The translations under genes were made by a program, and so were the position numbers. A stretch of DNA of 64,000 bases from Calcarisporiella thermophila CBS 279.70 (lineage: Eukaryota > Fungi > Calcarisporiellomycota). Each line of letters begins with the position of its first letter. Position 1 is the first letter of the stretch. The DNA lies in NCBI RefSeq assembly GCF_041956535.1, contig NW_027192207.1, forward strand, positions 605,764-669,763, read 5' to 3'. Below the pieces are notes generated by a model. It searched no databases, had not been told where the DNA came from, and worked only from the letters and a program-made list of their open reading frames with translations. This document shows, piece by piece, positions 27,697 to 39,812 of this stretch.

Positions 27697-28050
27697 ATGT
27701 CAAATACCAATAAAAAGGTAAGTGATAATATATATAAAATTTGAAATGATACTAAAAACATTTTCATTCTTTTCTATGTAAAATAGCAAATAACCGTGCT
27801 CTATTTTGCAGCAGCTCGTGATGCCACGGGACACAGCACTGAACCTATTGAGCTATCAATTCTAGGAGAGTCGCCAAATCTGGGCTCACTTAATGATCAT
27901 CTCATTTCAAAGCATCCACTATTAAAACCAATCCTTGACAACTGTGTTTACGCTATAAACATGGAGTACATAGACAAGAAGGATGTTACTGAGAAGCAGC
28001 TGACGCCAGGGGATGAAATAGCCGTAATTCCTCCTGTTAGCGGCGGTTAA
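27697..28050 (+). CDS. MOCS2A: Molybdopterin synthase sulfur-carrier subunit (MoaD/CnxG), 2 exons
   Basis: MSNTNKK/QITVLYFAAARD...AINMEY...GDEIAVIPPVSGG* with the C-terminal GG. Confidence 0.93.
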
Positions 28051-28377
28051 CTTTAATATTAGATCTAATTAAGATTTGATATGCTACATTCTGGTTGCAT
28101 TAATTTTTTTACTACTATGTAATCGAAGATTAGAGACGGCACGAGTTTGTCTTACAGCTCATACTGTAGAGTATAAGCTGTTTTTATAAAAGATTTTAAT
28201 TCTAAACACATGTGTAGATATTCGCGACTCGAAATAATCTACTCACTCAAAATTAAAGAAAGTGGCTGAAATACTCTGAAATTTGTGACTTGAACTTTCG
28301 ACAACAAAATTTGCCGGGAGAAGCGTAAGAATGAACCTCCTCTTTTCCCATCCCACGGAAGCTTCGTTGAATTCATC

Positions 28378-29164
28378 ATGGTAAGTATAACAGATACTTA
28401 GCCAAACTTCGGGTTAATGAACACTAGGATGGATGAATGAAAGGATAAACACATATCTGTGTTGGGGAATAGATTAGAATGGATGGATTGATATGAAAGA
28501 GATTTTATGATCAATTATGCATTTTTAAGATGTAACTAATTGATCTATTACTAATTTGAACAGAGCACCGAAGACAAGAAGACTACTACCAGCAACCCTA
28601 TGAAGGAGTTGCGGATTGAGAAGCTTGTCCTCAACATCTGTGTTGGCGAATCTGGTGACCGTTTGACCCGTGCTGCTAAGGTGCTCGAGCAGCTGACTGG
28701 CCAGCAGCCCGTATATTCTAAAGCTCGCTACACAGTTCGCACGTTCGGCATTCGTCGCAATGAAAAGATTGCTGTTCATGTGACTGTACGCGGTCCTAAA
28801 GCTGAGGAAATTCTGGAACGCGGACTGAAAGTAAAGGAGTATGAGTTGCGCAACCGCAATTTCTCCGGTACTGGAAACTTTGGCTTCGGTATTCAGGAGC
28901 ATATTGACTTGGGTATTAAATATGATCCATCAATTGGTATCTACGGTATGGACTTCTATGTCGTTATGGGCCGCCCTGGCCTTCGCGTCAGCCGGCGTAA
29001 GCGCTGTGTCCAGAAGATTGGTTTCCAGCACCGCGTCACGAAAGATGAGACCATCAAATGGTTCAAGCAACGGGTAAATATTATACTCTTATTTGCTCTT
29101 TCATGATATACTTCTAATTTCTTTAAATCCTATCTAGTTTGACGGTATTGTTCTTAATAAGTAA
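28378..29164 (+). CDS. RPL11: 60S ribosomal protein uL5 (ATG-only first coding exon; 3 exons)
   Basis: [34 protein letters not shown]; [25 protein letters not shown]. Confidence 0.98.
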
Positions 29165-29367
29165 AAATATCACTCTTCCATCCTTTTGTCCTACTCCAAG
29201 CTGCCTTTTTCTTCCTCTGCTGTTTCATGTAAACCAGTGAAAATAAAGAATAATCTAGAACACAACATATCAATTTCATATGCTAAAACAATTATTCAGG
29301 ACAAAATCGATTATAAAAATCGAAAAAGTCATCGAAACCTTATATTGGCACAATTCCTTCTGTAACT

Positions 29368-31279
29368 ATGGTGCAAGAACTAGAGGTTAAAGATGATTCC
29401 ATTTTGCTTAGTTACATGCTAAAGCGGATGCAAGAGATTATTCCGGAATGTAAGTCATGTGTTCCGATAACTGATAAAGCTTAAAGAAATATAATTCCAC
29501 GTAAACAGATGTAAACAATGGTCGAAATAGAACAAAGCCTGTTATAGACTATCATAAACCCGAAGAGCTCAAAAAGCTTATTGACCTTCATTTGCCCGAT
29601 AATGGAATGGGAATCGAAGGTAGGCTCCATTACGAAGAGTATAGTTGATTACTAAGCAAAACTATAATATGATTCCCAGATTGTATGGATATTGTTGAGT
29701 TGGCTCTACAATATAATCCCAACTCATGGAATCCCGCTTTTCTCGATAAGCTATATTCCGGCACGAATCCGATTGGAGTTATATCAGAATTACTGCTAGG
29801 AGTTAGTAATGCAAATGCTCACGTCTACCATGTCTCCCCTGTTTTTACCCTTATGGAGATGGAGGTGACGAGAAATTTAGCTCATTTGTTTGGTCTAGGC
29901 GAGGTGAGCCTATAAAATGTCGAATAACATACAATTTCAATAATGTCATTTGTTTCAACCAAAGTCTGCTGGCGGTATTTTTTGTCCCGGTGGGTCTGCG
30001 TCAAATCAACTTGCATTAATAACGGCCCGAAACTATCTTTTTCCGTGCATCAAGGATAAGGGCTATTTTCCGAAGCCGTATTTTCCGAACTCAAGATATG
30101 GACGCTTAGTGGCTTTTACGTCTGCGCATGGCCACTACAGCATTGTAAAGGCAGCGGTGATGATGGGGCTTGGAAAAGAAAGCGTGGTTGCCGTTCCTGT
30201 AGATCCTTTAACGGGGAAAATGGATGCTGCAGAGCTCGGTGAGTTATACGAGATGTCATACCTGAAGATAGACTGTGCCACTCACACTTGCTGGCTGTTT
30301 GGTTAGAACGCTTGATAAAAGAGTCCATTAAGCGAAATGAAACGCCGTTTTTTGTCAATGCTACCTCGGGGACAACGGTTTTGGTAATTTCTGAGCCTAT
30401 CGCCTCGGTATTTTCATTTCCTAACTTAATTTAAAATAGGGCGCATTTGACCCGCTAAGAAGTATCTCATCAGTTTGCAAGAAATATGGCTGTTGGCTAC
30501 ATGTGGATGGTTCGTGGGGAGGTAGCGTCATCTTTTCTCCGAAACATAAGCATTTACTTGACGGATCAGAGCTAGTAAAACCCCTTAACTTGTAGATGCT
30601 CGTTCACGCGTTAACTGTGTGCTTTTGATTATAGGCTGATTCTATCACAATTAATGCTCATAAGCTACTTGGGGTCCCTCTTCAATGTTCCTGCGTAATT
30701 GCTAGGGATCGACAAATATTTTCGGCATCGAATTCTTTAAATGCAGAGTATCTGTTTCATGGCAATAGTTACGACTTGGGGGATGGTACTATCGGCTGCG
30801 GTAGAAGACCAGATGCGGTGAAATTTTTCCTAAGCTGGCGTTTTTATGGCAGCAACGGGTTTGCTGAACGCATAGAATTGGCTTTCACTCGGGCTCGCTA
30901 TCTAAGCCATCTTATCGAAAAAGCAGAACCGCAAGGCTTCTGCCTTGTAACGCAGCCACAGAGTCTTCAAGTATGCTTCTGGTATATACCCCCCCAACTG
31001 CAACTCCCTTCTGGCTTCGAGAAAATCGATCGAGCAAAATGGTCTTTTATTCTTACCCAGCTCACATGTGAAATCCATAGACGAATCCGACACTTTGGAG
31101 AGTTTATGATAGACTATTCCCCGCTTCCACCACCTGCAGAGATTCCACCATTTTTCCGAGTAGTTATTAATCAGCCAAGTGTAACGGAGATCGTATTGGA
31201 AACTCTCGTCGAGCATATAAAACTAGTCGGCGATAACCTTGGAGAGCCTTTTTATGAGAAACTGCGGCATGATATATAA
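29368..31279 (+). CDS. Group II PLP-dependent decarboxylase, GAD/CSAD/ADC-like, multi-exon
   Basis: FLDKLYSG, HVYHVSPVFTLME, PGGSASN, HGHYSI, ATSGTTVLGAFDP, LHVDGSWGG, DSITINAHKLLGVPLQCS (PLP lysine), GCGRRPD. Confidence 0.9.
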
Positions 31280-31913
31280 TTTATTTATTTCAATATTTAT
31301 TATTTATTTATTTAAGTGTAGATTATCCACTGATATTTTATAGATAGACATATTCAATATACTGTTAGAATAGCTTTATCTTTAAGTGCTACGCTTGAAT
31401 CTGGTTCATGATTATTTTGTCCAATATAAATCTATTTAAGTACGCAAAATGTATCACATGAAGCTATAGCCTATACTTTTTAGCCTATATTATGAATTTA
31501 TATGAGTTATTAGCAAAACATGTGGTTACTTCACTTCCCTCTTACTCTTTCGGCACCATATTTCCAAGTGCTTTCACAATTCAACTAGAATAATATTGAA
31601 TAGAGGTTCATATCTCTTTTATTCGACTGCAGTAACTTACATGTAATATAAAGGGAAGTTTTCTATATATTACAAATAATGTAGTAGTTTCTTCAATTTC
31701 CAATTGTCCTTCAAATAATGCACCGAAAAAGCTCTATCTCCCTGCATAAAATCTCACTATCTAATAGTCAGTCTTTAAGGATCAGGGATAGATTCGAATT
31801 CTTGAGTTATAGGTGGCATTTTCCAAAATATTACCAGTTTCTTTTGCAAGTCACGGTCTCGATTTTCCTATATAGCTAATTAAGACGCGTTTTTAACTCG
31901 AATTGCATTTGAA

Positions 31914-34900
31914 ATGGAAGAGAGAGGTATAGAATACAATAATGTTTGCTATTGCCAACACCTTACTTAACTTACTTCTATATAGTTCTTAACGAGATTG
32001 TTCAAGCAATAAATGTTATATATGATCCAACCACTTCGTCAAATGCGCGCAAATCAGCTTATGAAGTTTGTTTCTCTGAGGCAATACGCTAGGTATTTAA
32101 AGATCTTATATACTTATGTCTTTATATCAATAGTTTTGCGAACGATTAAAATCTGATCCGGGATGCCTGATCTACGCACAAAATCTCGCCCATAAGTCCT
32201 CACTGCAGCCTGATACAGTTCGCCACTTTGCCTTAGGTTTATTAGAGGATACTGTGCGAATTCAATGGAATTCTCCCTCTTTTGACCAGCATGCTAGAGA
32301 TAACTTGAGAAATATTATTAGCTTGCTGGCTTTGGAGGTAATTACTTATCAAACTTCTCAGGAATTAAAGTTGCTTATTTTATTCCATAATTTAGGGAAC
32401 TAAAGATATTTTAGAAGAGAAGCAATATATTAAAGAAAAGCTTGCAAAACTTTTTTCAGAAGTGGCTAAACGTGAGTGGCCTTCTTCCTGGGAGTCAATG
32501 GATATCCAACTACAAGAAATGGCAGCGAAAGGGGTAAGTTATTGAAGCCTTTTGTTCAGTGAGATCATAGATTGATGGTCGTATATCTTTACAGCCAACC
32601 ACACAAGAATTGTCCTTGATAGTATATCGTTTGCTAGCAGAGGATATATTCTTATACGATAGTGCTATTAGCGATTCACGTAAAAAGGATCTCCAGCGGG
32701 CGATGATCACTGCAGTAGTGAGCGCAAAAGTATTGGAGTCAGAATATCCAGAGGGAGTGAAAATATCCGGCGAGAGCGAACTAACTTTGATGCGAGGAGT
32801 CCCTGGTAATGAAGGCTGGCTCGCTCGATGGACTTCGATGCTGCAGTCGTATTGTAATATCCTTGAAAATGTAATTTATACCTGCATTTTAGGCAAATAT
32901 TCGCTTTCTACTTATTGAGCTTGTATATCAAATAACTGTATAGAATAACTCAGTGGCTGAAAAGCTCGCTATTGCCATATTGAAAACACTGGCTGCCCAT
33001 TTAAGCTGGATAATTCCAAAGTAAGATTACTATCGTAATATAAATGTCAGTTGTCTATAATTATACTTGGCAATTCAAACAGGTCAATCGTCGAAGTGGG
33101 AATATTACAAATATTGCTTCAGCTCCTATTATCGCCATCGCTAGCTATTCGCAAAGTATTTATTTCACTGCCGGCGTTCTTTTATTTTATTGTAGTTTCA
33201 ATCTTTTTTTAAATTTAGGGTGCAAGCGAGTGTCTCGTTATCTTGTTTTCACGGAATTTCTACAAGGATGATGACAGGGCATCAGTATTTGAACCACTGT
33301 TAAAAGGAAATGGATTAGATTACATCTTTAAAGCGCTCGCATTATTGCAATCCACCGAAGATATGTTGGAAGAAGATGCCTATGAAATCATGAAACTACT
33401 TGTCCAAGTAAGAATTTTAGTTCAATACTTTTATTTATTCTGTTTATTTATTTTTTAATTATAGGCTATAGTATATTTTGGAGTTGATCAGCTATGCACT
33501 AAGAAGATAACTTCGCAGATGCCGGAGCAGTTTCCAAAGTGATTCATCTTTATATACTGGCTGAATATTTTGAGTTAATACCTAATATACTGCCATACTA
33601 TTAGATATCTCGAACTCCTTTATACAATTTCAAGGCACAACTCTGTTTTTGTATCCTTGCAGGCTTCAATATTTTGGTTGACAGCTTTCAAACACGAGCA
33701 GATAGCACCGGTAATATTAAATGATAGGTTTAAGTTTTGAAATTTAACTTGATATATATTTTAACACTTTAGAATCTCTTCAATTTTATTCCAACAATCT
33801 TTGATTTATGTGGAGAAGTTTTAGAGCGCTTCTATCGGCCTGCAGAAGAATCTCCCCAGATGACTTATGCTCTTATGGACTATGATTCAACTGAGGAAGC
33901 GCGAGATGAGTTTAATAAAATCAAAAAACGCATCGTGGAGCTTATTAAGCAGATGTCACAAGTAATGGTAAGGTGTTAAGATTTGTGGTATTTTTTTATA
34001 AATTAATTCATTATATTGTATTCTTGTAGCCAACTAGTTGCATAGATTTAGCAGTAAACCGAATTCAAAAAACCAGTGCAAACGGTATACTTCACGAAAT
34101 GATTCTTTTCGTTATTATATGCTAAAACTTTGATTTACGCTTAATATCTGCAGAAGAAGCCCTTAGCATCAGCTGGGTTTTGTTAGAGCCGGTTATAGTT
34201 GGCGCATGTAATAGTTTAAGTCAAACCGATTCCAAACAAAGTAAAGAAAGGGTACTGAATTATCTTAAGGAACGTGTTAAAATTTTATACTGAATGAGGT
34301 TTTCTGTTTTTTCTTTAGGTTTATTCCTCGATGGAACAACTACTGTATTTTGTTATTGGCTATGAAAATGAAGTAGGATAAACTCGGTTTATTTTTTGAT
34401 ATTAAACCAAAGCTAGGCCAGCGTTAATATTTTAAACGTTTTCAACTTTTCCAATCTTAGTACGTTGCTGTAAAAAAGCTTCAGCTTGCGTCCATTGTTA
34501 AATTCGGTAAATTTTTGAGACAGGCTCAAAGTCTATTTTTTCCAACGTTGGAGAAGGTATGAATTACTCTTAAGTTGGTTGGAATATTTCAGGTGTTAAT
34601 CAATCCTCTTTAGATATTTTCTATGATGACTTTTTGTCCAACGAGCAGTTCTGCAATGGATCCTACGCTTAGCCAAGTTACACCCTTACGCAATAAGGCA
34701 ACATCTGTACTAGTAGAACTCGGATCGCTGCTTCCTGATGCCCTAATGGTAAGCAACCATTTCTTAACGTCTGAAAATACAAATGAAAATATTAAAAATT
34801 CGCATTTTAATAGAATGTTTTTAATGAAGTGTCAACTTCAATTGGAAATCTTATAACAAATAATCTAGTAACTGGTGATCAAAAAACACAGTTGCTTGTG

Positions 34901-37323
34901 TTCCTTTTGAAGATTAGGTAACGGCACCTATTAGTTTTATTCTTTTTTATAACTCGATTGGTGAAGTTTTTCTCGTATATTTACATGTAGTTTAGGATCT
35001 TCTATTCCGCAATCGCAGAAATGCAATATTTTTGAAAACATTGCTCTCCCAATTATAATGGACTGGAGTTCCACGCATATCAGCGAAATATTATCTCACC
35101 CAGAGAAATTTATTGAGCAAATGGGAATATGCCTCCTTATTTCAGCAGGTGATTTGACATGAAAATATGTTCAAAATTAAAGATAGAATATATTTTCATT
35201 TTGCAATTATAGAAACTAACTTTGAAAACTCCGGGAAAGATCCCGCTGTTCTTCAAGCTAACGAATTTAAAACTGCCCTCATTTCGGCATTGGAGAAACG
35301 ACAACAGGTAAATATGCTCTGTTGTAATATGGTCATTTTTTACTGACCGTTTGTTTGCGTAGCTTTCTTGGATCATTAGCACATTGTCAGAGCTGATCAA
35401 AAGATCAGTTGATATAGAAAATAATGAGGTATATAATTATTGATCATTATGTGTTTCCATATTGTCCATAACCGTACTTTTTTTTTCTCTTAAAGTTGAA
35501 AATTCAAGCCTCGAATCTTTGGGTTTCTCATATTGATCGCATTGTACCAAATGCCCTTGCACTGATACAGTAAATTACATTATATTGATTATGCAACCTC
35601 TATTTTTAATAATTTTTTATAATTCTACAGAACATTACATACAATTTATGGCGATCCTCATCACAAGTGTCTTTCAATAGAACTATCAATCTATTTGAAG
35701 TCTCTCAACAGCAGGACTTTCGCTCGTATATCAGGTATAATGGATAGCTATTCTATTTCGTTAGATCCATTTTTATCGACTTATTCAAATCTGCATATAT
35801 AAGACACACCATCGCTCGATGGACTTCTTTTTAATCTGAGAAAATGGCTTAACATAATTCGAGAGGAGAGGTTATTTTTTCATTTTCATTCATTCGATTA
35901 TTTAAAAAGTTAATATTACTTTATTTAATAGCTATGGCTTAATCTCAACACTTTGCCTTTTAAAAGGTCCTTTTTATAAACATTACGTAGAAACCGGAGC
36001 TGTTCATACATCAATATTTTACTACGCTGAAGAAATGATAAATTTGCACTGGAGAAGACTAATTGATATCCTTTAATTTCCTATTACACCCGTTATTCCA
36101 ATATCCATACTATCCTTAACTTCATCTTTACCTCTAGCAATTCGTCCGCTTTTCACTGAATGTCCAAATGAACACGTCTTTAGCCTTACAGGTCATTTTA
36201 TTCCAAATCTATTGAAGTTCATGTCCGACAAACTTGCAAAGGAATGGGCTGCTTTATTAGAGCAAGGGGCGCAGCTTTCCTCTGAAAATGAGTAAGAAAC
36301 AATTTTCCAATTTCCAATCTTATGGTCAATTTTACTATTTCTATATATTAGATTGATGACCATTGAGGAGCTCTCTGGAAATAATCTATCTAATGAAATC
36401 ATCCAAGAAAAGAACTTACGCGAGCTTACTCGCACCTATATTGATTTATTGGCTTCACTTTCTGATCCTCGTAAGTGACTTTCGTTTTACTAATTCCTAA
36501 TTCTGGAAGAGACTGATTTTATTTTTCATTGCTGATTACAGAAAATAAAAATATCTTGCAGTCTACGATCCTTCTTTCCAAGGTAAGCAAAGTAACAAAT
36601 ATTGTATAACACGGATCATTCAACTTTTTACTTTCAATAGGATTTGAGAGATTTATTTATAAATAACCTTGGACAGCTAATTATTACCAAGGATAGTATT
36701 ACGTGTCAGAAAGCCGTGCTTTTGGGTCAGAAAATTTTTCCTATTATTGCAGAGAATTCGGTGCATGATTATACTATAGTCAAGGAATTAATGGTCAAAG
36801 CGTTAGAGGTAAACCTATGGCTTGAAAATTTTACGAAATTCCATTACTCACCAGTTGACCTTTAGGCTCTTCATGACGGCTATCATCGTGACGACCAAAC
36901 GACACTCATATCTTTCATCACAGAAATTTATTTAAAATTTCGTCCTGTCTCATCTTTCCCGCTAGAAATTCTATCTAATCTACCTGGAATGACGGTTGAA
37001 AGATTGAATGTATTATTTTCATTTTATTGCGCAAAAGATACTGCTTATTAAAGAAATTGATTTTTTATTTTTTCTAGGCATTCGATCAAGATTTCTCTAA
37101 AGCGAAAAGTTCGAGAGAGCGCAAATCAATTATAAGGGATTTTCTGCATTATATTACGGGAAAGTCTGTAGGCGAATGGTTTAAACAAGAGTATCCCGTA
37201 ATATACGAAACATCAAGATCCCGATCCGGTCGAATTGAACGCCGCAAAGATATCCTGGACTCATTCTTAAGAAAGGAGGAAGAAAGCGATGAAGCTTCAT
37301 TTATTTCTGAGCTTTTTGATTGA
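31914..37323 (+). CDS. MSN5: Exportin-5/Msn5 (about 30 exons, including one AT-AC intron)
   Basis: IVQAINVIYDP..ARKSAYEFCE, VRHFALGLLED, YIKEKLAKLFSEVAKREWPSSW, LIVYRLLAEDIF; importin-beta HEAT character; stop TGA 37321-37323. Confidence 0.88.
36066..36131 (+). other. U12-type AT-AC intron in exportin-5 (66 nt)
   Basis: 5' ATATCCTTT; branch TCCTTAAC 36113-36120; 3' TTTAC; retention gives an in-frame TAA, removal gives HWRRLI-A-LAIRPLFTECP. Confidence 0.93.
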
Positions 37324-37532
37324 ATTGACCGTCTTATAAATATCTTGTCTTTCCACAAGGTGATGAGTAGAAAACTAATAAAGGAGAAATAGGAGTATAA
37401 ACTTAATACCACTGGATAAAATTAGTGAATATTAAAGTGATCGAAATTTTCTAAATAATAAAAAAATATGTGGATTCAAGACAAACGAATATAAAAAAAA
37501 TCATCCAATATGAGAATAATCGTTGCATATTA

Positions 37533-39669
37533 TTAAGAAGAGATGCTTTCCGAGTTTTTGTTAGGCGCAGTACTTTCGTCAATAACAGCCTTTTTCAGTG
37601 TCTTCTCAAGCTCATTGATTTCCCGAACCGTATCTTCAGGTTCTATTGTAACAGGGAGGGAGTGGGTTTCAAATTCGTCGTCTGAAATATCATTCTCAAA
37701 TCCAGTCAGCAAGGGGTCATTTTCGTAAGTAGGAAAAAGATATCTAAATAAAAGTATGATTAGTAATGGATTTACATAATCTTATTTTTTAAAATTACTT
37801 TGAGTCTTTCCAGAATTCGTGATCGTGGGAAGGGATTTTAGTAAAACACTCATTTTCTTTCATGTGGTGCGAGAGTTTGGCCAGATCTTCTGTCACTGTT
37901 CCACATGAATAGCATTTGCTAATAGATGTCTGGTGGCGGATATAGTTGATAAGAGTTATAGTCTTGTAAAAATCTAGTTCTAGACAATAAAAATTAATTA
38001 AACTGCTATTCAGGAAAAACCTTTTAACTCATACCCAAATCCCTTCTAACTTTTTTAAGATCAAATCCATGAATTTCACTCATATGTCGACATGCTTCCT
38101 CGGGAGATGGCAAAACTACTTCATCAAAAAGGCACATTGTAGGCTCAGGATCAAGTGCTTCATCCCAATCCTCCCATGAGCTAAAAAAAATTATAAAATA
38201 GTTGCCAATGAAGTAAGTAATAGCTCAAAACAAAAAAAAAAAATACATAATATTTGAAAACTCACTCGTCACGGCGCTCTTCATCGCTTTCATATCGATC
38301 GTTTTCAAAATTCTCCCAATTTTTGCCCGGTTCCTGGAAAAAAAAAGTTGAGAAAATAATTTACTCGTAAAGCACTGCAATATATTACCAAGTAATTAAT
38401 AACATAGAATTGATCGTAGAGACGATTCTTGGCCGCAATTTTAAAATGCTTCTTCTTTCGCATGTGCTTACGCAAAACCGCTGGCGTGGTAAAAATTTTT
38501 TCGCAATACAAGCATTGGAGGCTTTTGGAAAAAAATAACAGATATATTGTTAGCAGAATTATTTTTGATGTTAATAAAAAAAAATGACGTCAGTTAATAT
38601 CATTCATATTCATACTATATTATTACCTAGTAAGCTTCTTCTCTAGCAAATTCAAAAACTCATTAACGTTTACAAGATTATCTGGGAGGCCAATGTTGAA
38701 GTTGTGCTCAGCGAACATATGACGAAAAAGATTAGGTCTATAAAAATAACAGAAATGTAAAAAGAAAGTTTTTGTAAAGAGCCAAAAAAAAATACCTGTT
38801 ATCACAAATGTTTTTGCAAAATAAGCATTTGCGAGGCAAATTGCTGTCGTCGTGTCGTTCTTTTTCTTGGATTTTAAGTATTTCATTCTATAAATAAAAT
38901 TTTAAAAATACTTAGAGATGTTGCATTTAGTAATACCGCTTATTATTCAATAACCAGTTTTTCACGTTGTAATTTTTCTCTGAGTTCCTTGTCCTCCGTG
39001 CTATTTTCTGGGTCTATCTGATAAAGTGTATCTAAAGGAGAATGTCAATAAACTTATAAAGCCCTATTCATAAAAAACGCAATTACCTCCATTTTCTTGC
39101 ACGTATTTTGTGGCATATTTTTCAATTCCATTCGCTGTAATAATTTGTGCCCAATTATCCAAATATTTGTCTAGAGTGATGTACATATGGTGTAGATCTT
39201 TGAACACAATAGAATGTTGCTCTTTAAGATGTTTTGTGAGACTAGTCGTGTCGGTAATAGGAGCTTCAATAGAACAATTGCTAAAAGTGCAATGGACAAG
39301 ACAAATGGTGTGATAAGGTGGCATTGTATCTTTGGATGCATTTTCAAAATCAGAAGAAGCAGTGGACGAACAAGAAGAGCATGATGCTGATCTTCGATGC
39401 TGAATAGGAGAAATAGGCGCGGTAATTCCTGTAGCTATTTCTTCTTGAGTTTTCTTATGGAGTTCGCTGCTAATACTAAATTTGCCAATAGAGTGTTTTC
39501 CCGTCGGGCGTCCTCTATTGCTGCTGCCACTTTCAACATGCTCCCGTGTATTGGACTTATTCAGCTGGTTACGAAAACGCCCGCGGGATCCGAATCCTTT
39601 GCGTCCTCCAGCGTTAGCATGGGCACCTTGTCGTGAATTTGAAACGGTTTGCCACTGCCCATCTGCCAT
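37533..39669 (-). CDS. ZNF277: ZNF277-like C2H2 zinc-finger protein, multi-exon
   Basis: HMFAEHNFNIGLPDNLVNVNEFL, CLYCEKIF..LRKHMRKKKH, YDQFYVINYL-EPGKNW, TITLINYIR, YLFPTYENDPLL. Confidence 0.88.
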
Positions 39670-39812
39670 TTTCACTTTAATTCCCTGAATTGGTTGAAAT
39701 AATTACTGTTTACAATTTATATTTATACTGGCAAATTGGAAGTCACGCGTTTATCACCACAAACGGTGGCCAAATTAATCAGAAGAATATCAGAGAATAT
39801 CAAATCCAAAAA

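Noticed and set aside
28381-28563. Intronic snoRNA in the RPL11 or RPS24 first introns
   Set aside because: No convincing C/D box pair with terminal stem or H/ACA architecture by eye; an Infernal scan would be needed.
27697-31279. MOCS2A plus decarboxylase as a metabolic cluster
   Set aside because: Separated by RPL11, with no shared pathway support.
31400-31800. Possible small spliced gene divergent from exportin-5
   Set aside because: Splice-like sites exist, but the ATG-led frame closes after about 25 codons.
33651-33659. GTATCCTTG in exportin-5 (also ATATCCTTG near 32857)
   Set aside because: Both fall inside open exons, with no matching U12 branch site downstream.
39745-39750. MCB box (ACGCGT) upstream of the RADX-like gene
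   Set aside because: Single copy; the same hexamer precedes exportin-5 (about 31885) and RPN12 (63205), so it is not specific evidence of G1/S control.
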